Made by a program: the position numbers and the translations under genes
The notes under the pieces: generated by a model
Seen by the model: only the letters and a program-made list of their open reading frames with translations
Databases searched by the model: none
What the model was told of the DNA's origin: nothing
Shown: piece by piece, positions 8,334 through 17,889 of the stretch
Position numbering within the stretch: the first letter of the stretch is position 1
How the letters are laid out: every line of letters starts with the position of its first letter
Assembly (NCBI GenBank): GCA_963761335.1
Contig: CAVXGR010000016.1
Coordinates: 320,001-384,000, forward strand
Direction: 5' to 3'
DNA from: an uncultured delta proteobacterium
Lineage (GTDB): Bacteria; Desulfobacterota; Binatia; HRBIN30; BPIQ01
Length of the DNA stretch: 64,000 nucleotides

Positions 8334-11156
8334 TCAGGCCGTCGCCCCGGCGGCGACGGACCAGCTCGACGGCGAGGCGCTGCGGACGCAGGTCTCCGTC
8401 TTCGTCACCCGCAGCGGGGCAGCGGTTCCGGGGGACAGACCAAGGACGATACCCATCAGCTCCGCGGGCTTGAGCGTCCCCTGCGGCCCGAAGAGGATGA
8501 CGGCGTCGACCGTCCCGGGAGAGCGCTCGGCGAGCTCGGCGACGAAGGCGCGGGCGTTGACGGAGCGGTTCCCCTTGCGGCTATGTTTCTGCAGCGGTAC
8601 GGCGGACGCCGCCATGAACGCCGCGATGCGCTCGGCCGCCGAGCCGCGGATCGCCGGATCGTCGATCTCGATGCGGTAGCGGAAGGCGGCGATCTGTGAC
8701 TCGATGCTGGGGCCGCGCGCCGGCACGGCGACGGCGTGCCGCAGCTCGATGCCCTCCGGCATCTCCCGGCGCAGCGCCGCCAGCGCCGCCGCCGGCTCGA
8801 ACGGCTGGGTGAGATCGATGTCCAGATATTCGTCCTCGCTCTCGACGCCCACGGGCAGCGCCGGTCCGAAGGCGAATCGGGGCAGGGGATGGTGCCCCTG
8901 CGAGTAGGCGACGGGCAGCCCGGCACGCCGCGCGGCGCGAAAGAAAACGGTGCCGAGCTCCAGATGGCCGATGAAGCGCGCCGGCCCGAGCTTGCTGTAG
9001 GACAGCCGCAGGCGCGCCACCACGGCGGTCGAGGCGCTGTCGGGCGGCGGCGCCAGAGCCGAGGAGCCGGCGTTCAGCCATGCTTCCGCCGTACCGTCGG
9101 CGGTTTCCGCCGGGCGCGGTGAGACCGAGGAGCCGTCCGCGACCGGGAGAGCGCCGGCGGCGACGGCGCCGCTGGTTGTCGGCGCCGTCGGGGGCTCGCC
9201 GCTTTCCCGGCCGTTCTTCTTGGCCTGGGCCAGATGCCAGCCGCGCGGCTCCCAGGCGCCGTCGCTGTCGCCGGCGACGGTCTCGCGCGCCCAGGCGTCG
9301 ACCTCGCCGCCGCGGTGCTCGCTGCCCTTGGCGCCACGCAGGTGGTAGGTGACGTTGCGGATGGCCTTGAAGTCGCAGGCGCCGCAGTAGGTGCACCTCT
9401 CGATGCTGCAGTCCGGGGTCAGGGTGCGCTCGAAGGCGTACGCCAGCTCGCGCTGCAGGAAGCTCTTGTGCACCCCGCTGCTCAGATGGTCCCAGGGAAG
9501 AACCTCGTCGAGGTGGCGCCGCCGCAGGTAGAAATCGGGATCGATGCCGCAAGCGCGCCAGGCGTCCTCCCACAGGTCGAGCCGCAGATGCTCGCTCCAG
9601 CCGTCGAAGCGACAGCCGCGCTGGTAGGCGGCGAGCAGCAGCTTGCCGAGGCGGCGATCGCCGCGCGAGAAGATCCCTTCCATGTATGACTCGCGCGCGT
9701 CGTGCCATTTGAACTTGATGCGGCGCCGTCCGAGCTCGCGGCGGAGAAACTGCTGCCGCGCCTGGATCTCCTCGACCGGGATCTGCGGCACCCACTGGAA
9801 CGGGGTGTGTGGCTTGGGCACGAAGCTCGAGACGCTGGCGGTCACCTGGCGGCGGTTGCCGCCGGCTGCTGCCACCTTGGCGGCGAGATCGGCGATGCCG
9901 ATGAGGTCGTCCTCGGTCTCGCTCGGCAGGCCGAGCATGAAGTAGAGCTTCAGGGTGCGCCAGCCGAGATCGAAGATCTGCCGGGCGGCGTCGATCAGCT
10001 CCGCCTCGGTATACTCCTTCTGGATGATGTCGCGCATGCGCTGCGAGCCGGCTTCCGGCGCCAGGGTGAATCCCGTCTTGCGGACCCGCTTGATCTGCTC
10101 GAGCAGCGGCGCCGCCAAGGCGTCGACGCGCGTCGACGGCAGCGACACCGCCACCTTGCGCGAGGCGAAGCGATTCATGATCTCGGTGAGCAAGGGGTTG
10201 ACGCAGCTGTAGTCACCGGTGCTCAGGCTCAGCAGCGATACCTCCTCGTATCCCGTCTTGCGGATCGCCTCGTCCGCCTGCTCGAGCAGCTTTTCCGGGC
10301 TGCGCTCGCGCAGCGGCCGATAGATGTAGCCCGCCTGGCAGAAGCGGCATCCCTTGACGCAGCCGCGCATCACCTCGAGGCTCGGCCGGTCGTGGACGAT
10401 CTGCACCGTGGGAATGACGTAGGTCCGCTGCGTCGGCACGCTGTTGAGGTCGCGGACCACCCGTTTCTCCACCTCCGCCTGGCCGCGCAGCGGCCGGATG
10501 CGGCGCAGACGTCCGTCGGCGCGGTACTCGGGCTCGAAGAACGCCGGCACGTAGACGCCGCGAATCTCCGCGAGCGCCGCCAGGACGTCGGCGCGATCGC
10601 CTCCGTCCCAGGCGCGGACGGTGTCGCAGATCTCGTGAATGGCCTCCTCGCCGTCGCCGATGAGCACCGCGTCGAGGAAGTCCGCCAGCGGCTCGGGATT
10701 GAAGGCGCACGGCCCTCCGGCGATGACCAGCGGGTCCTCGGCCTGACGTTCCCCGGCGAGCAGGGGAACGCCGCCGAGATCGAGCATCATCAGCAGGTTG
10801 GTGTAGGTCAGCTCGTACTGCAGGCTGAAGCCGATGATGTCGAGATCGCGGAGGGGGGTGAAGGTCTCCAGCGTCACCAGCGGCAGGCCCTCCCGCCGCA
10901 GCGCCGCCTCCATGTCCACCCAGGGGGCGTAGACGCGCTCGGCGTATACGTCCGGCCGCCGGTTGAGGAGGTCGTAGAGGATCTGCAGCCCCGGATGTGA
11001 CTGGGCGATCTCGTAGACCTCGGGAAAGGCGAGGGCGAAGCGCAGCTCCACGGCCGCCGGGTCCTTGCGAACCGCCCCGCGTTCGCCGCCCAGGTAGCGC
11101 CCCGGCTTGCTGACGGTCTCCAGTATGCGCTCGTACTGCTGACGAAATCCCTTCAC
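8334..11156 (-). CDS. TIGR03960-type radical SAM protein fused to a TIGR03936/DUF2344 domain
   Basis: VSKPGRYLGGE, FPEVYEI, GFSLQYELTYTN, RGCVKGCRFCQAG (CxxxCxxC), FVPKPHTPFQW; C-terminal YSKLGPARFIGHL...YSQGHHPLPRFAFGPALPVGVESEDEY. Confidence 0.92.
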   Translation of the reverse strand: MKGFRQQYERILETVSKPGRYLGGERGAVRKDPAAVELRFALAFPEVYEIAQSHPGLQILYDLLNRRPDVYAERVYAPWVDMEAALRREGLPLVTLETFTPLRDLDIIGFSLQYELTYTNLLMMLDLGGVPLLAGERQAEDPLVIAGGPCAFNPEPLADFLDAVLIGDGEEAIHEICDTVRAWDGGDRADVLAALAEIRGVYVPAFFEPEYRADGRLRRIRPLRGQAEVEKRVVRDLNSVPTQRTYVIPTVQIVHDRPSLEVMRGCVKGCRFCQAGYIYRPLRERSPEKLLEQADEAIRKTGYEEVSLLSLSTGDYSCVNPLLTEIMNRFASRKVAVSLPSTRVDALAAPLLEQIKRVRKTGFTLAPEAGSQRMRDIIQKEYTEAELIDAARQIFDLGWRTLKLYFMLGLPSETEDDLIGIADLAAKVAAAGGNRRQVTASVSSFVPKPHTPFQWVPQIPVEEIQARQQFLRRELGRRRIKFKWHDARESYMEGIFSRGDRRLGKLLLAAYQRGCRFDGWSEHLRLDLWEDAWRACGIDPDFYLRRRHLDEVLPWDHLSSGVHKSFLQRELAYAFERTLTPDCSIERCTYCGACDFKAIRNVTYHLRGAKGSEHRGGEVDAWARETVAGDSDGAWEPRGWHLAQAKKNGRESGEPPTAPTTSGAVAAGALPVADGSSVSPRPAETADGTAEAWLNAGSSALAPPPDSASTAVVARLRLSYSKLGPARFIGHLELGTVFFRAARRAGLPVAYSQGHHPLPRFAFGPALPVGVESEDEYLDIDLTQPFEPAAALAALRREMPEGIELRHAVAVPARGPSIESQIAAFRYRIEIDDPAIRGSAAERIAAFMAASAVPLQKHSRKGNRSVNARAFVAELAERSPGTVDAVILFGPQGTLKPAELMGIVLGLSPGTAAPLRVTKTETCVRSASPSSWSVAAGATA

Positions 11157-11346
11157 GCGATATCCTCGGGAACCGTTGCCGGTGCGCCGGGATCATAAGT
11201 GGGCCGGGACGGAAGCGCAAGATAAAGGCCGGTGGTGTCGAGGTGGGGACAGGCTACTTTTGCCCTCCGCAGTCCGACCGAAGCGACGGTTTCAACGCGC
11301 AAAAGTTGCCTGTCCCCAGCGTCTGGCGCATCAGACCGTCACAAAC

Positions 11347-11375
11347 TTGACTTCCCCCACCGCCCCGGATACGGT
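11347..11375 (+). promoter_or_regulatory. Putative sigma70 promoter for the HNH gene
   Basis: TTGACT-17 bp-TACGGT, followed by a GGAGGT RBS before ATG 11416. Confidence 0.5.
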
Positions 11376-11415
11376 TCGCAAAATCGGCTTGCGGCTGGGC
11401 GGAGGTGGGGCGCCT

Positions 11416-12030
11416 ATGGCAGTTGCTGGCAGTCTGCTGAATACGAAGGTACTGGTTCTCAACCGGTCCTATCTCCCGGTGCACATCACATCGGTGCGCC
11501 GGGCGTTTGCGCTGTTGTATCAAGGAGTTGCACAGGCAGTTGGGGAGCAGTACCAGACTTTCGACTTCGAGTCCTGGAGCGACATGGGGGCCAGCGAGCG
11601 GGACGAGACGGTGGGCCTCGTCGACCGGGCCATTCGCGTGCCGCGGGTCATCCTGCTGGTGACCTACGATCGCATTCCCCGTCGCCACGTGCGCTTCAGC
11701 CGCTTCAACATCTACGCGCGCGACCACAACACCTGCCAGTACTGCGGCCAGGAGTTCTCGCGCCCCGAGCTCAACCTCGACCACGTCGTGCCGCGTTCGC
11801 AGGGCGGCACCTCGCGTTGGGAGAACGTCGTCTGCTCCTGCCACGTGTGCAATCGCCGCAAGGGCGGGCGCACCCCGGAGCAGGCGGGGATGCGGCTGCT
11901 GCGCCGGCCGCGGCGGCCGGAGTGGACGCCGTTCATGGCCGAGACCTTCAGCCCGAGCCGCTACCGCGAGTGGATGCCCTTCCTGACCATGGTCGACGTC
12001 TCGTACTGGAACACCGAGCTGCTGGAGTAG
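11416..12030 (+). CDS. HNH endonuclease (McrA/HNH_5-like)
   Basis: VLVLNRSYLP, VPRVILL, FSRFNIYARDHNTCQYCG, LNLDHVVPRSQGG, WENVVCSCHVCNRRKGGRTPEQAGM. Confidence 0.9.
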   Translation: MAVAGSLLNTKVLVLNRSYLPVHITSVRRAFALLYQGVAQAVGEQYQTFDFESWSDMGASERDETVGLVDRAIRVPRVILLVTYDRIPRRHVRFSRFNIYARDHNTCQYCGQEFSRPELNLDHVVPRSQGGTSRWENVVCSCHVCNRRKGGRTPEQAGMRLLRRPRRPEWTPFMAETFSPSRYREWMPFLTMVDVSYWNTELLE

Positions 12031-12048
12031 GCGGCGCCTCGCCGCATA

Positions 12049-12191
12049 TCCACATTCTCGGTTCTCATCCCCGGTTCTCGTCCCGTCGTTTTCCATTGTT
12101 CTGCGCGCCGCGTGAGATCGGTCGGCTTCGTGGGTTGCTCGTGGCGGTCAGAGCGAATGGAATACGACGGAATGAGAACCGGGAATGTGGA
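12049..12191. repeat. Palindromic intergenic element, copy 2 (same family as 6661-6783)
   Basis: tccacattctcggttctcatccccggttctcgtcccgtcgttttccatt ... aatggaatacgacggaatgagaaccgggaatgtgga. Confidence 0.8.
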
Positions 12192-12444
12192 GGGATCCTC
12201 GGTTCCTTGGTGGCTTCGGCCTCGCGCAGCGACACACAGAGAGGACTCACGCTACGGCGCGACGGCGCAACGCTTCGAAGAGGGACGGGGGTGTTCTCGG
12301 CGGCGCTGAGAAACGATATGGCGAGGCTGAGCCGTCATGTCGTGCGCGCTCAGGCGTCGGCCAGCGTGTATACCTTGCCTCCCACGGATAGCGCCGTTCA
12401 CTGGCGACGCGTTCCATTGAATTCCTTTCGTAGAGGCGTTGATT

Positions 12445-12473
12445 TTGCTAATAAATGTAGTCAGGGCTAGGAT
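12445..12473 (+). promoter_or_regulatory. Putative sigma70 promoter for the histidine kinase
   Basis: TTGCTA-17 bp-TAGGAT in an AT-rich patch; AAGGA RBS before TTG 12518. Confidence 0.45.
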
Positions 12474-12517
12474 GCCAGTCGAGGCTAGGAATAGCCCCAG
12501 CAGCTAAGGACAAACCG

Positions 12518-15500
12518 TTGACCGACCCTAAGGGATTGCTGATCGAGGGCGACGCTACCGGTCACGGACAGGGCGAGGAGCGGCTGCGGCAGGTCGAAGA
12601 GCGTTTCGCCCTCGTGCTGCGCGGCTCCAACGACGGCATCTGGGATTGGGACCTGCAGACCAACGAGGTGTATTTCTCGCGGCGCTGGAAGGAGATGCTC
12701 GGCCTCCCCGAGGACGCAACCGGTGATCTGTGGCGGCAGCGCCTCCATCCCGATGATGCCCAGCGAGTCCTCACCGCCATTCTGGCGCACCTCGATGGCG
12801 CACTCCCCCTCTACGAATGCCAGCAGCGGCTGCTCCACGCCGACGGCACCTACCGGTGGATCCTCGCCCGCGGGATCTGCGTGCGCGATGCCAGCGGCAC
12901 GCCGACCCGCATCGCCGGCTCGCACACGGATATCACCGAGCACGTCGGAGCCTTGCAGACGCTCACGCAGAACGAGGAACGCCACCGCGCCCTCGTCGAA
13001 CACGCCGCGGACGGTATCTTCGTGCACGACCTGATGGGCGTCATCACCGACGTCAACCCCGCCGCCTGCGCGAGCTTGGGCTACCGCCGCGACGAGCTCG
13101 TCGGCCGGCCGCTGACCGACATCGACACGCGGCTCGATCCCGAGCGGATTCGCGACCTGCTGCAACGACTCTGGAGCGGGACGCCGGTCGTGCACGAGGC
13201 CGTTTTCCGCAGTAAAGACGGCAGCACGTTTCCCGTCGAGGTGCGTTCGGTGCGCTTCGCCTGGAACGGTGCACCCCATGTGTTGGGCACCGTGCGGGAT
13301 ATCACCCGGCACAGGCGTGACGAGGAAGTGCTGCGGACGACGAAAGAGCAGCTCGAGTTCATGGTCGAGAATGCCGGCGTCGCCTTTTGGGACTGGGACC
13401 TGCGCACCGATGAAACGCATTACTCCGCATCGTGGAGGCGGCGGTTCGGCTATGGCGAGGAAGAGTTCCGCGGCAGCGGGGACGAATGGTGGGACATCTT
13501 GCACCCAGATGACCGCCTGGCGGTCGTGACAGCTCTGCAGGAGGCGCTGAACGGGGCCGGGTGTTACGAGACCGAGCTGCGGATCCGCCAGAAGGATGGG
13601 TCCTATCGCCCCGTTCTCAGCCGGGCGCTGGTCGTGTGCGACGCGGATGGCCAGCCGATCCGCCTGCTCGGCGCGCACATCGACATCACCGAGCAGAAGC
13701 GCATGGAGCTGGCGCTGCGAGAGGCGCAGGCGACGCTGCGTTTGGCGACGGAGAGTGCGAAGGTCGCCGTCTGGGATTGCGATCTGCGCGCGCTCACGAT
13801 CCGCTTCTCGTCGGGCTGGCAACGCGTGCTCGGGCGTGAGGCTGGCGAGACCACGCTGGTTGAGCTCTGGGATCTGGTGCATCCCGACGATCGCGCGAAG
13901 ACCAGCGCGGCCATGCAGGAGCACCTGCAGGGCCGCGCCAGCATCTACGAGACCGAGCAACGCATGCGTCACGCGGACGGCTCGTATCGCTGGGTGCTCA
14001 GTCGGGGTATCGTCGCCTGCGACACGGAGGGCCGGCCGTCCCACCTGTTTGGTGCCGACATCGACATCACGGAGCGGAAGGCGTTGGAAGAGGCCCTGCG
14101 GCGCTCGGAAGAGCAGTATCGTCATTTGGTCGAAGACATCACGGACATCATCTACGCGGCGGACCGGAACGGCCGCGTCACCTACATGAGCCCCGTGGCA
14201 GAGCAGCTCTATGGGTATACCCCCGCGGAGGTGATCAACCGCGATTTTTCCGACTTCATCTTCCCGGAGGATCTTCCGCTGGTCGCCGAGGGCTTTCGCG
14301 GGGCCATCTCCGGCACTCCGCAACCGCACGACCACCGGATCGTCACCAAATCGGGCGAGGTTCGCTGGGTGCGAAACCATGCCCGAGTCATCGTGCAGGG
14401 CAACCAGATCGTCGGCCTGCAGGGCGTGATGTCGGACCTGACCGAGCGGAAGCGAGCGGAGACCGCGCTGCGTGCGCTCACCGCGTCGCTGGAACAACAA
14501 GTGGCGGAACGCACTCGGGAGGTGCTGGCGACCCACGATCAGCTGCGCGCGATCACCGACAACATGTTCGACATGGTGAGCCAGGTGAGTCTGGACGGGG
14601 TGTTCCAGTACGTCAGCCCCGCGCACGAGCGCGTCTTGGGATATGCACCGAAGCAAATGGTGGGCAGATCGGCACTCGGCTTTCTCCATCCCGATGACGT
14701 TGCCCCCGTGAAGGCCACCATGGAGTCCATGATCCGTGTGGCCTCGGCCGGCCGCGCAGAGTTTCGCTACCGGTGTGCCGATGGCCACTACGTTTGGCTG
14801 GAAACCGTGGGCAATCTGCTCTTCGACGATCACGACGCCCCGGTCGGAATAGTTTTGAACGGGCGCGACGTCACCGAGCACAAGCAGGCGCGCGAGGCGC
14901 TGCAGACGACGCTATCGGTGCTTCGCGCGACCCTCGAATCCACCGCGGACGGGATTCTGGTCATCGACACCAACGGCCGGGTGACGGAATACAACGAGCG
15001 CTTCCAAGAGCTGTGGCACATCCCCGAGGCCGTGATCGACACGCACGACGACGATTGCCTGCTGGCCCACGTCCTCGGCCAACTCAAAGACCCACAGGGA
15101 TTCCGGACAAAGGTCAGAGCGCTGTACGGACAACCCGATGCAGAGAGCTTCGAGGTGCTCGAGTTCAAGGACGGCCGCACCTTCGAGCGGTTCTCATGCC
15201 CGCAACGGGTGGACGGCCGGAGTATCGGTCGGGTCTGGAGCTTCCGTGACGTGACCCAGCGAGTTCGCAATGAAGCCGAGTTGAGAGAGAGCGAAGCGCG
15301 ATACCGGACGCTGGTGGAATCCGCAAGCGACGCTGTGGTCAGCATCGACGAGTGCGGCATCGTGCAGTCCGTCAACTCGGCGGCGGAACAGCTCTTCGGC
15401 TTCACGGCAGCAGAGATCCTCGGCGACAATGTGACGCGGCTCATGCCCGAGCCCGATGCCGGCCCCCACGACGAGTATCTCGCCGCGTACTTGCGAACCG

Positions 15501-16519
15501 GCGTGGCGCACGTCATCGGCAGGGTTCGCGAGGTCAGCGGGCGGCGCAAGGACGGGACGACATTCCCCTTGGAGCTGTCGATCAGCGAGATGCAGTTCGG
15601 GGAGCGGCGCATGTTCACCGGCATCATGCGCGACATCAGCGCGCGCAAGCAGGCGGAACATGACATCTGGCGGTTGAACGCCGAGCTGGAGCAGCGCGTC
15701 GTCGAGCGCACCGCCCAGCTCGAGGTGGCCAACCAGGAGCTGGAAGCCTTCAGCTACTCCGTGTCGCATGACCTGCGGTCGCCGCTGCGCCATATCGAGG
15801 GCTTCAGCGAGATGTTGCTGGAGGATTCCGCGGAGCGGCTCGACGACGGGGGGCGGTACTATCTCGAGCGCATCAGCGCTGGCTGCCAGCGCATGGGCCA
15901 GCTCATCGAAGATCTGTTGTCGCTGTCGCGCGTGGTGCGGCATGAGCTGCGGCACGCGCCGATCGACCTCTCGGCGGCGGCCCGCAAGATCATTGCCGAG
16001 CTGCGCGAGGGACAACCGGGACGCGACGTCGAGGTCGTCATCGCGGACCATTTGCATGCCACCGGTGACTCGGGGTTGCTCCGCATCGTTCTGGAGAACC
16101 TGCTCGGCAACGCCTGGAAGTACACCAGCAAGCGGCGGGGGGCGCGCATCGAGTTCGGACGGGCGCCGGGTGCGGAGAGCGGACTTGCCGACCCCCGCTT
16201 CGTTCGATCCGCCGTCGCCAATCCATCCGCGATGGCGTTCTTCGTCCGCGACAACGGGGCGGGTTTCGACCCCGCGCGTGCGGACAGGCTGTTCACTCCG
16301 TTCCGGCGGTTGCACAGCGAAGCGGAGTTCGAGGGCAGCGGCATCGGCTTGGCGATCGTGCAGCGCATCATTTGCCGCCACGGTGGGCACGTGTGGGCAG
16401 AAGCGGCCGTTGAGCAGGGTGCCACCTTCTACTTCACCCTGCCGCAGGATTCGACGCGGGCTGACCCGGCGAAGTTTCCGCGGCGTGGGCGAGAGGAACC
16501 CGCGAGCCTGGCGAGCTGA
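12518..16519 (+). CDS. Cytoplasmic multi-PAS (about 8) sensor histidine kinase
   Basis: Repeated PAS/PAC units (GIWDWD..HPDD..DGTYRW..DIT); H-box FSYSVSHDLRSPL; NLLGNAWKY, DNGAGF, GSGIGLAIV; no TM segments. Confidence 0.93.
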   Translation: MTDPKGLLIEGDATGHGQGEERLRQVEERFALVLRGSNDGIWDWDLQTNEVYFSRRWKEMLGLPEDATGDLWRQRLHPDDAQRVLTAILAHLDGALPLYECQQRLLHADGTYRWILARGICVRDASGTPTRIAGSHTDITEHVGALQTLTQNEERHRALVEHAADGIFVHDLMGVITDVNPAACASLGYRRDELVGRPLTDIDTRLDPERIRDLLQRLWSGTPVVHEAVFRSKDGSTFPVEVRSVRFAWNGAPHVLGTVRDITRHRRDEEVLRTTKEQLEFMVENAGVAFWDWDLRTDETHYSASWRRRFGYGEEEFRGSGDEWWDILHPDDRLAVVTALQEALNGAGCYETELRIRQKDGSYRPVLSRALVVCDADGQPIRLLGAHIDITEQKRMELALREAQATLRLATESAKVAVWDCDLRALTIRFSSGWQRVLGREAGETTLVELWDLVHPDDRAKTSAAMQEHLQGRASIYETEQRMRHADGSYRWVLSRGIVACDTEGRPSHLFGADIDITERKALEEALRRSEEQYRHLVEDITDIIYAADRNGRVTYMSPVAEQLYGYTPAEVINRDFSDFIFPEDLPLVAEGFRGAISGTPQPHDHRIVTKSGEVRWVRNHARVIVQGNQIVGLQGVMSDLTERKRAETALRALTASLEQQVAERTREVLATHDQLRAITDNMFDMVSQVSLDGVFQYVSPAHERVLGYAPKQMVGRSALGFLHPDDVAPVKATMESMIRVASAGRAEFRYRCADGHYVWLETVGNLLFDDHDAPVGIVLNGRDVTEHKQAREALQTTLSVLRATLESTADGILVIDTNGRVTEYNERFQELWHIPEAVIDTHDDDCLLAHVLGQLKDPQGFRTKVRALYGQPDAESFEVLEFKDGRTFERFSCPQRVDGRSIGRVWSFRDVTQRVRNEAELRESEARYRTLVESASDAVVSIDECGIVQSVNSAAEQLFGFTAAEILGDNVTRLMPEPDAGPHDEYLAAYLRTGVAHVIGRVREVSGRRKDGTTFPLELSISEMQFGERRMFTGIMRDISARKQAEHDIWRLNAELEQRVVERTAQLEVANQELEAFSYSVSHDLRSPLRHIEGFSEMLLEDSAERLDDGGRYYLERISAGCQRMGQLIEDLLSLSRVVRHELRHAPIDLSAAARKIIAELREGQPGRDVEVVIADHLHATGDSGLLRIVLENLLGNAWKYTSKRRGARIEFGRAPGAESGLADPRFVRSAVANPSAMAFFVRDNGAGFDPARADRLFTPFRRLHSEAEFEGSGIGLAIVQRIICRHGGHVWAEAAVEQGATFYFTLPQDSTRADPAKFPRRGREEPASLAS

Positions 16520-16534
16520 TGACCGGCGCCGGCG

Positions 16535-17872
16535 TTAACTCTGTCGGCCTCGGACCTGCCGATCGACGCGAGCGTCCATGCGGTTGAGCACGCTCATCAT
16601 GCCGCGGATCAACAGCCAGCGCAGCGGCTCCGGCGGCAGCGGCGGCACGAAGCGGGTCAGCGCTTCGACGTGATCGTTCTCTCTCTCCAATAGAAAGTCG
16701 GCGAGGATGGCGCCCATGGCGCTGGCGGCGGCGACGCCGTGGCCGTTGTAACCGACTGCGTAGTACAGATTGCGGGCGGCCCCGGTGCGCCCGAGGGTCG
16801 GCAGGAAGTGCATCGTCATGCCGATCCAGCCGCCCCAGAAGTGGGCGACCGGCACCTCCGCGAGCCGCGGGAAACGATCGCGAAAGCCGCCGGCGATGAG
16901 GCCGAGCGTCCACGGATGCGGCCCTCCTTCGAGGGCGCCGCCGTACGCGTAGCGAACGCCCTTCGAGCCGCCGAGGATCGTGCCGCGCGCCGTCAGGCGA
17001 TAGCTCTCCAGGCTCTCGTGCGCCGTGTAGATTCCTTCGCGGCCGCGCCAGCCGAGCTGGTCGAGCTGGGCGCTGCTCAACGGCGCTGTCTCGAACAAGG
17101 TGTCGTAGAGCGGGTAGATCGTGTGCCGCAGATGTCCCAGGGCCGGGGTATAGGCGTTGGTGGCCAGCACCACCTTGTCCGCCTTGACCACGCCGCCCGC
17201 GGTGCGCACCAGGGCTCGCGGCGCGTCGATCAGCTCCTGCACCGCCGTCTGCTCGAACAGCCGGACGCCGGCGTCGACAACGGCGCGCCGCATCCCCATC
17301 ACGTACTTGCCCGGATCGAGCGTGCCGCCCGACTCCTCCAGCGCGCCCGCAACAAACGCCGGCGGGATGCCGCGCTCGCGCATCGCCTCGCCGTGGAGAA
17401 AGCGCACCCGCGCCCCGAGCTGTGCCGCGACCACCGCGGCTTTGCGCAGCCGCGCCTCCTGTTTCGGATGCACGGCCGCCATGATGTTGCCCGACGAGAC
17501 GTAGTCGCAATCGATGTGCAGATTGCGGATCAGCTGTTCTACGAAGACAACGGCGTCGTCGGCGAAGCGTACCAGATGCGCGGCGCGCCGCTTGCCGAAG
17601 AGCAGCAGCAAGGTCGGTAGATCCTTGCCGATCGTCGGCGTCAGATGTCCGGCATTGCGGCCACTGGCGCCGAAGCCGGCGAAGTCGCGCTCGAGCACGA
17701 CCACGTCGGCGCCCGCCCGCTTCAGCGCCAGCGCCGCGGAGAGACCGGTGAGGCCGCCGCCGATGACGGCGACGTCAGCAACCAGGTCCGATCCCAGCGG
17801 CGGCTGGAGATCGGGCGGCGGCGCCACCCAGGGGCTGACCTTCAAGAACTCGGCCGCTTCGTCGCTCGCCAT
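16535..17872 (-). CDS. FAD-dependent oxidoreductase (DAO/PuuB-like)
   Basis: DVAVIGGGLTGLSAA Rossmann motif, GASGRNAG, VVLATNAY, HFWGG, AVGYNGHGV; GGAAGAAG before ATG 17872. Confidence 0.9.
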   Translation of the reverse strand: MASDEAAEFLKVSPWVAPPPDLQPPLGSDLVADVAVIGGGLTGLSAALALKRAGADVVVLERDFAGFGASGRNAGHLTPTIGKDLPTLLLLFGKRRAAHLVRFADDAVVFVEQLIRNLHIDCDYVSSGNIMAAVHPKQEARLRKAAVVAAQLGARVRFLHGEAMRERGIPPAFVAGALEESGGTLDPGKYVMGMRRAVVDAGVRLFEQTAVQELIDAPRALVRTAGGVVKADKVVLATNAYTPALGHLRHTIYPLYDTLFETAPLSSAQLDQLGWRGREGIYTAHESLESYRLTARGTILGGSKGVRYAYGGALEGGPHPWTLGLIAGGFRDRFPRLAEVPVAHFWGGWIGMTMHFLPTLGRTGAARNLYYAVGYNGHGVAAASAMGAILADFLLERENDHVEALTRFVPPLPPEPLRWLLIRGMMSVLNRMDARVDRQVRGRQS

Positions 17873-17889
17873 GGCTTCTTCCCAGGGGT

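Noticed and set aside
6796..11156. Radical SAM fusion next to rng as a novel system
   Set aside because: TIGR03960-TIGR03936-rng linkage and fusion are well known.
11157..12030. IscB/HEARO-type RNA-guided HNH system
   Set aside because: The protein is a ~204-aa stand-alone HNH without PLMP or RuvC motifs; the upstream gap is explained by divergent promoters.
12485..14881. 798-aa antisense ORF and other long shadow ORFs (e.g. 4832-6517, 6871-8679, 20629-22587, 46791-48479, 48954-50771)
   Set aside because: They lie opposite well-supported genes, lack motifs, and are expected in high-GC DNA.
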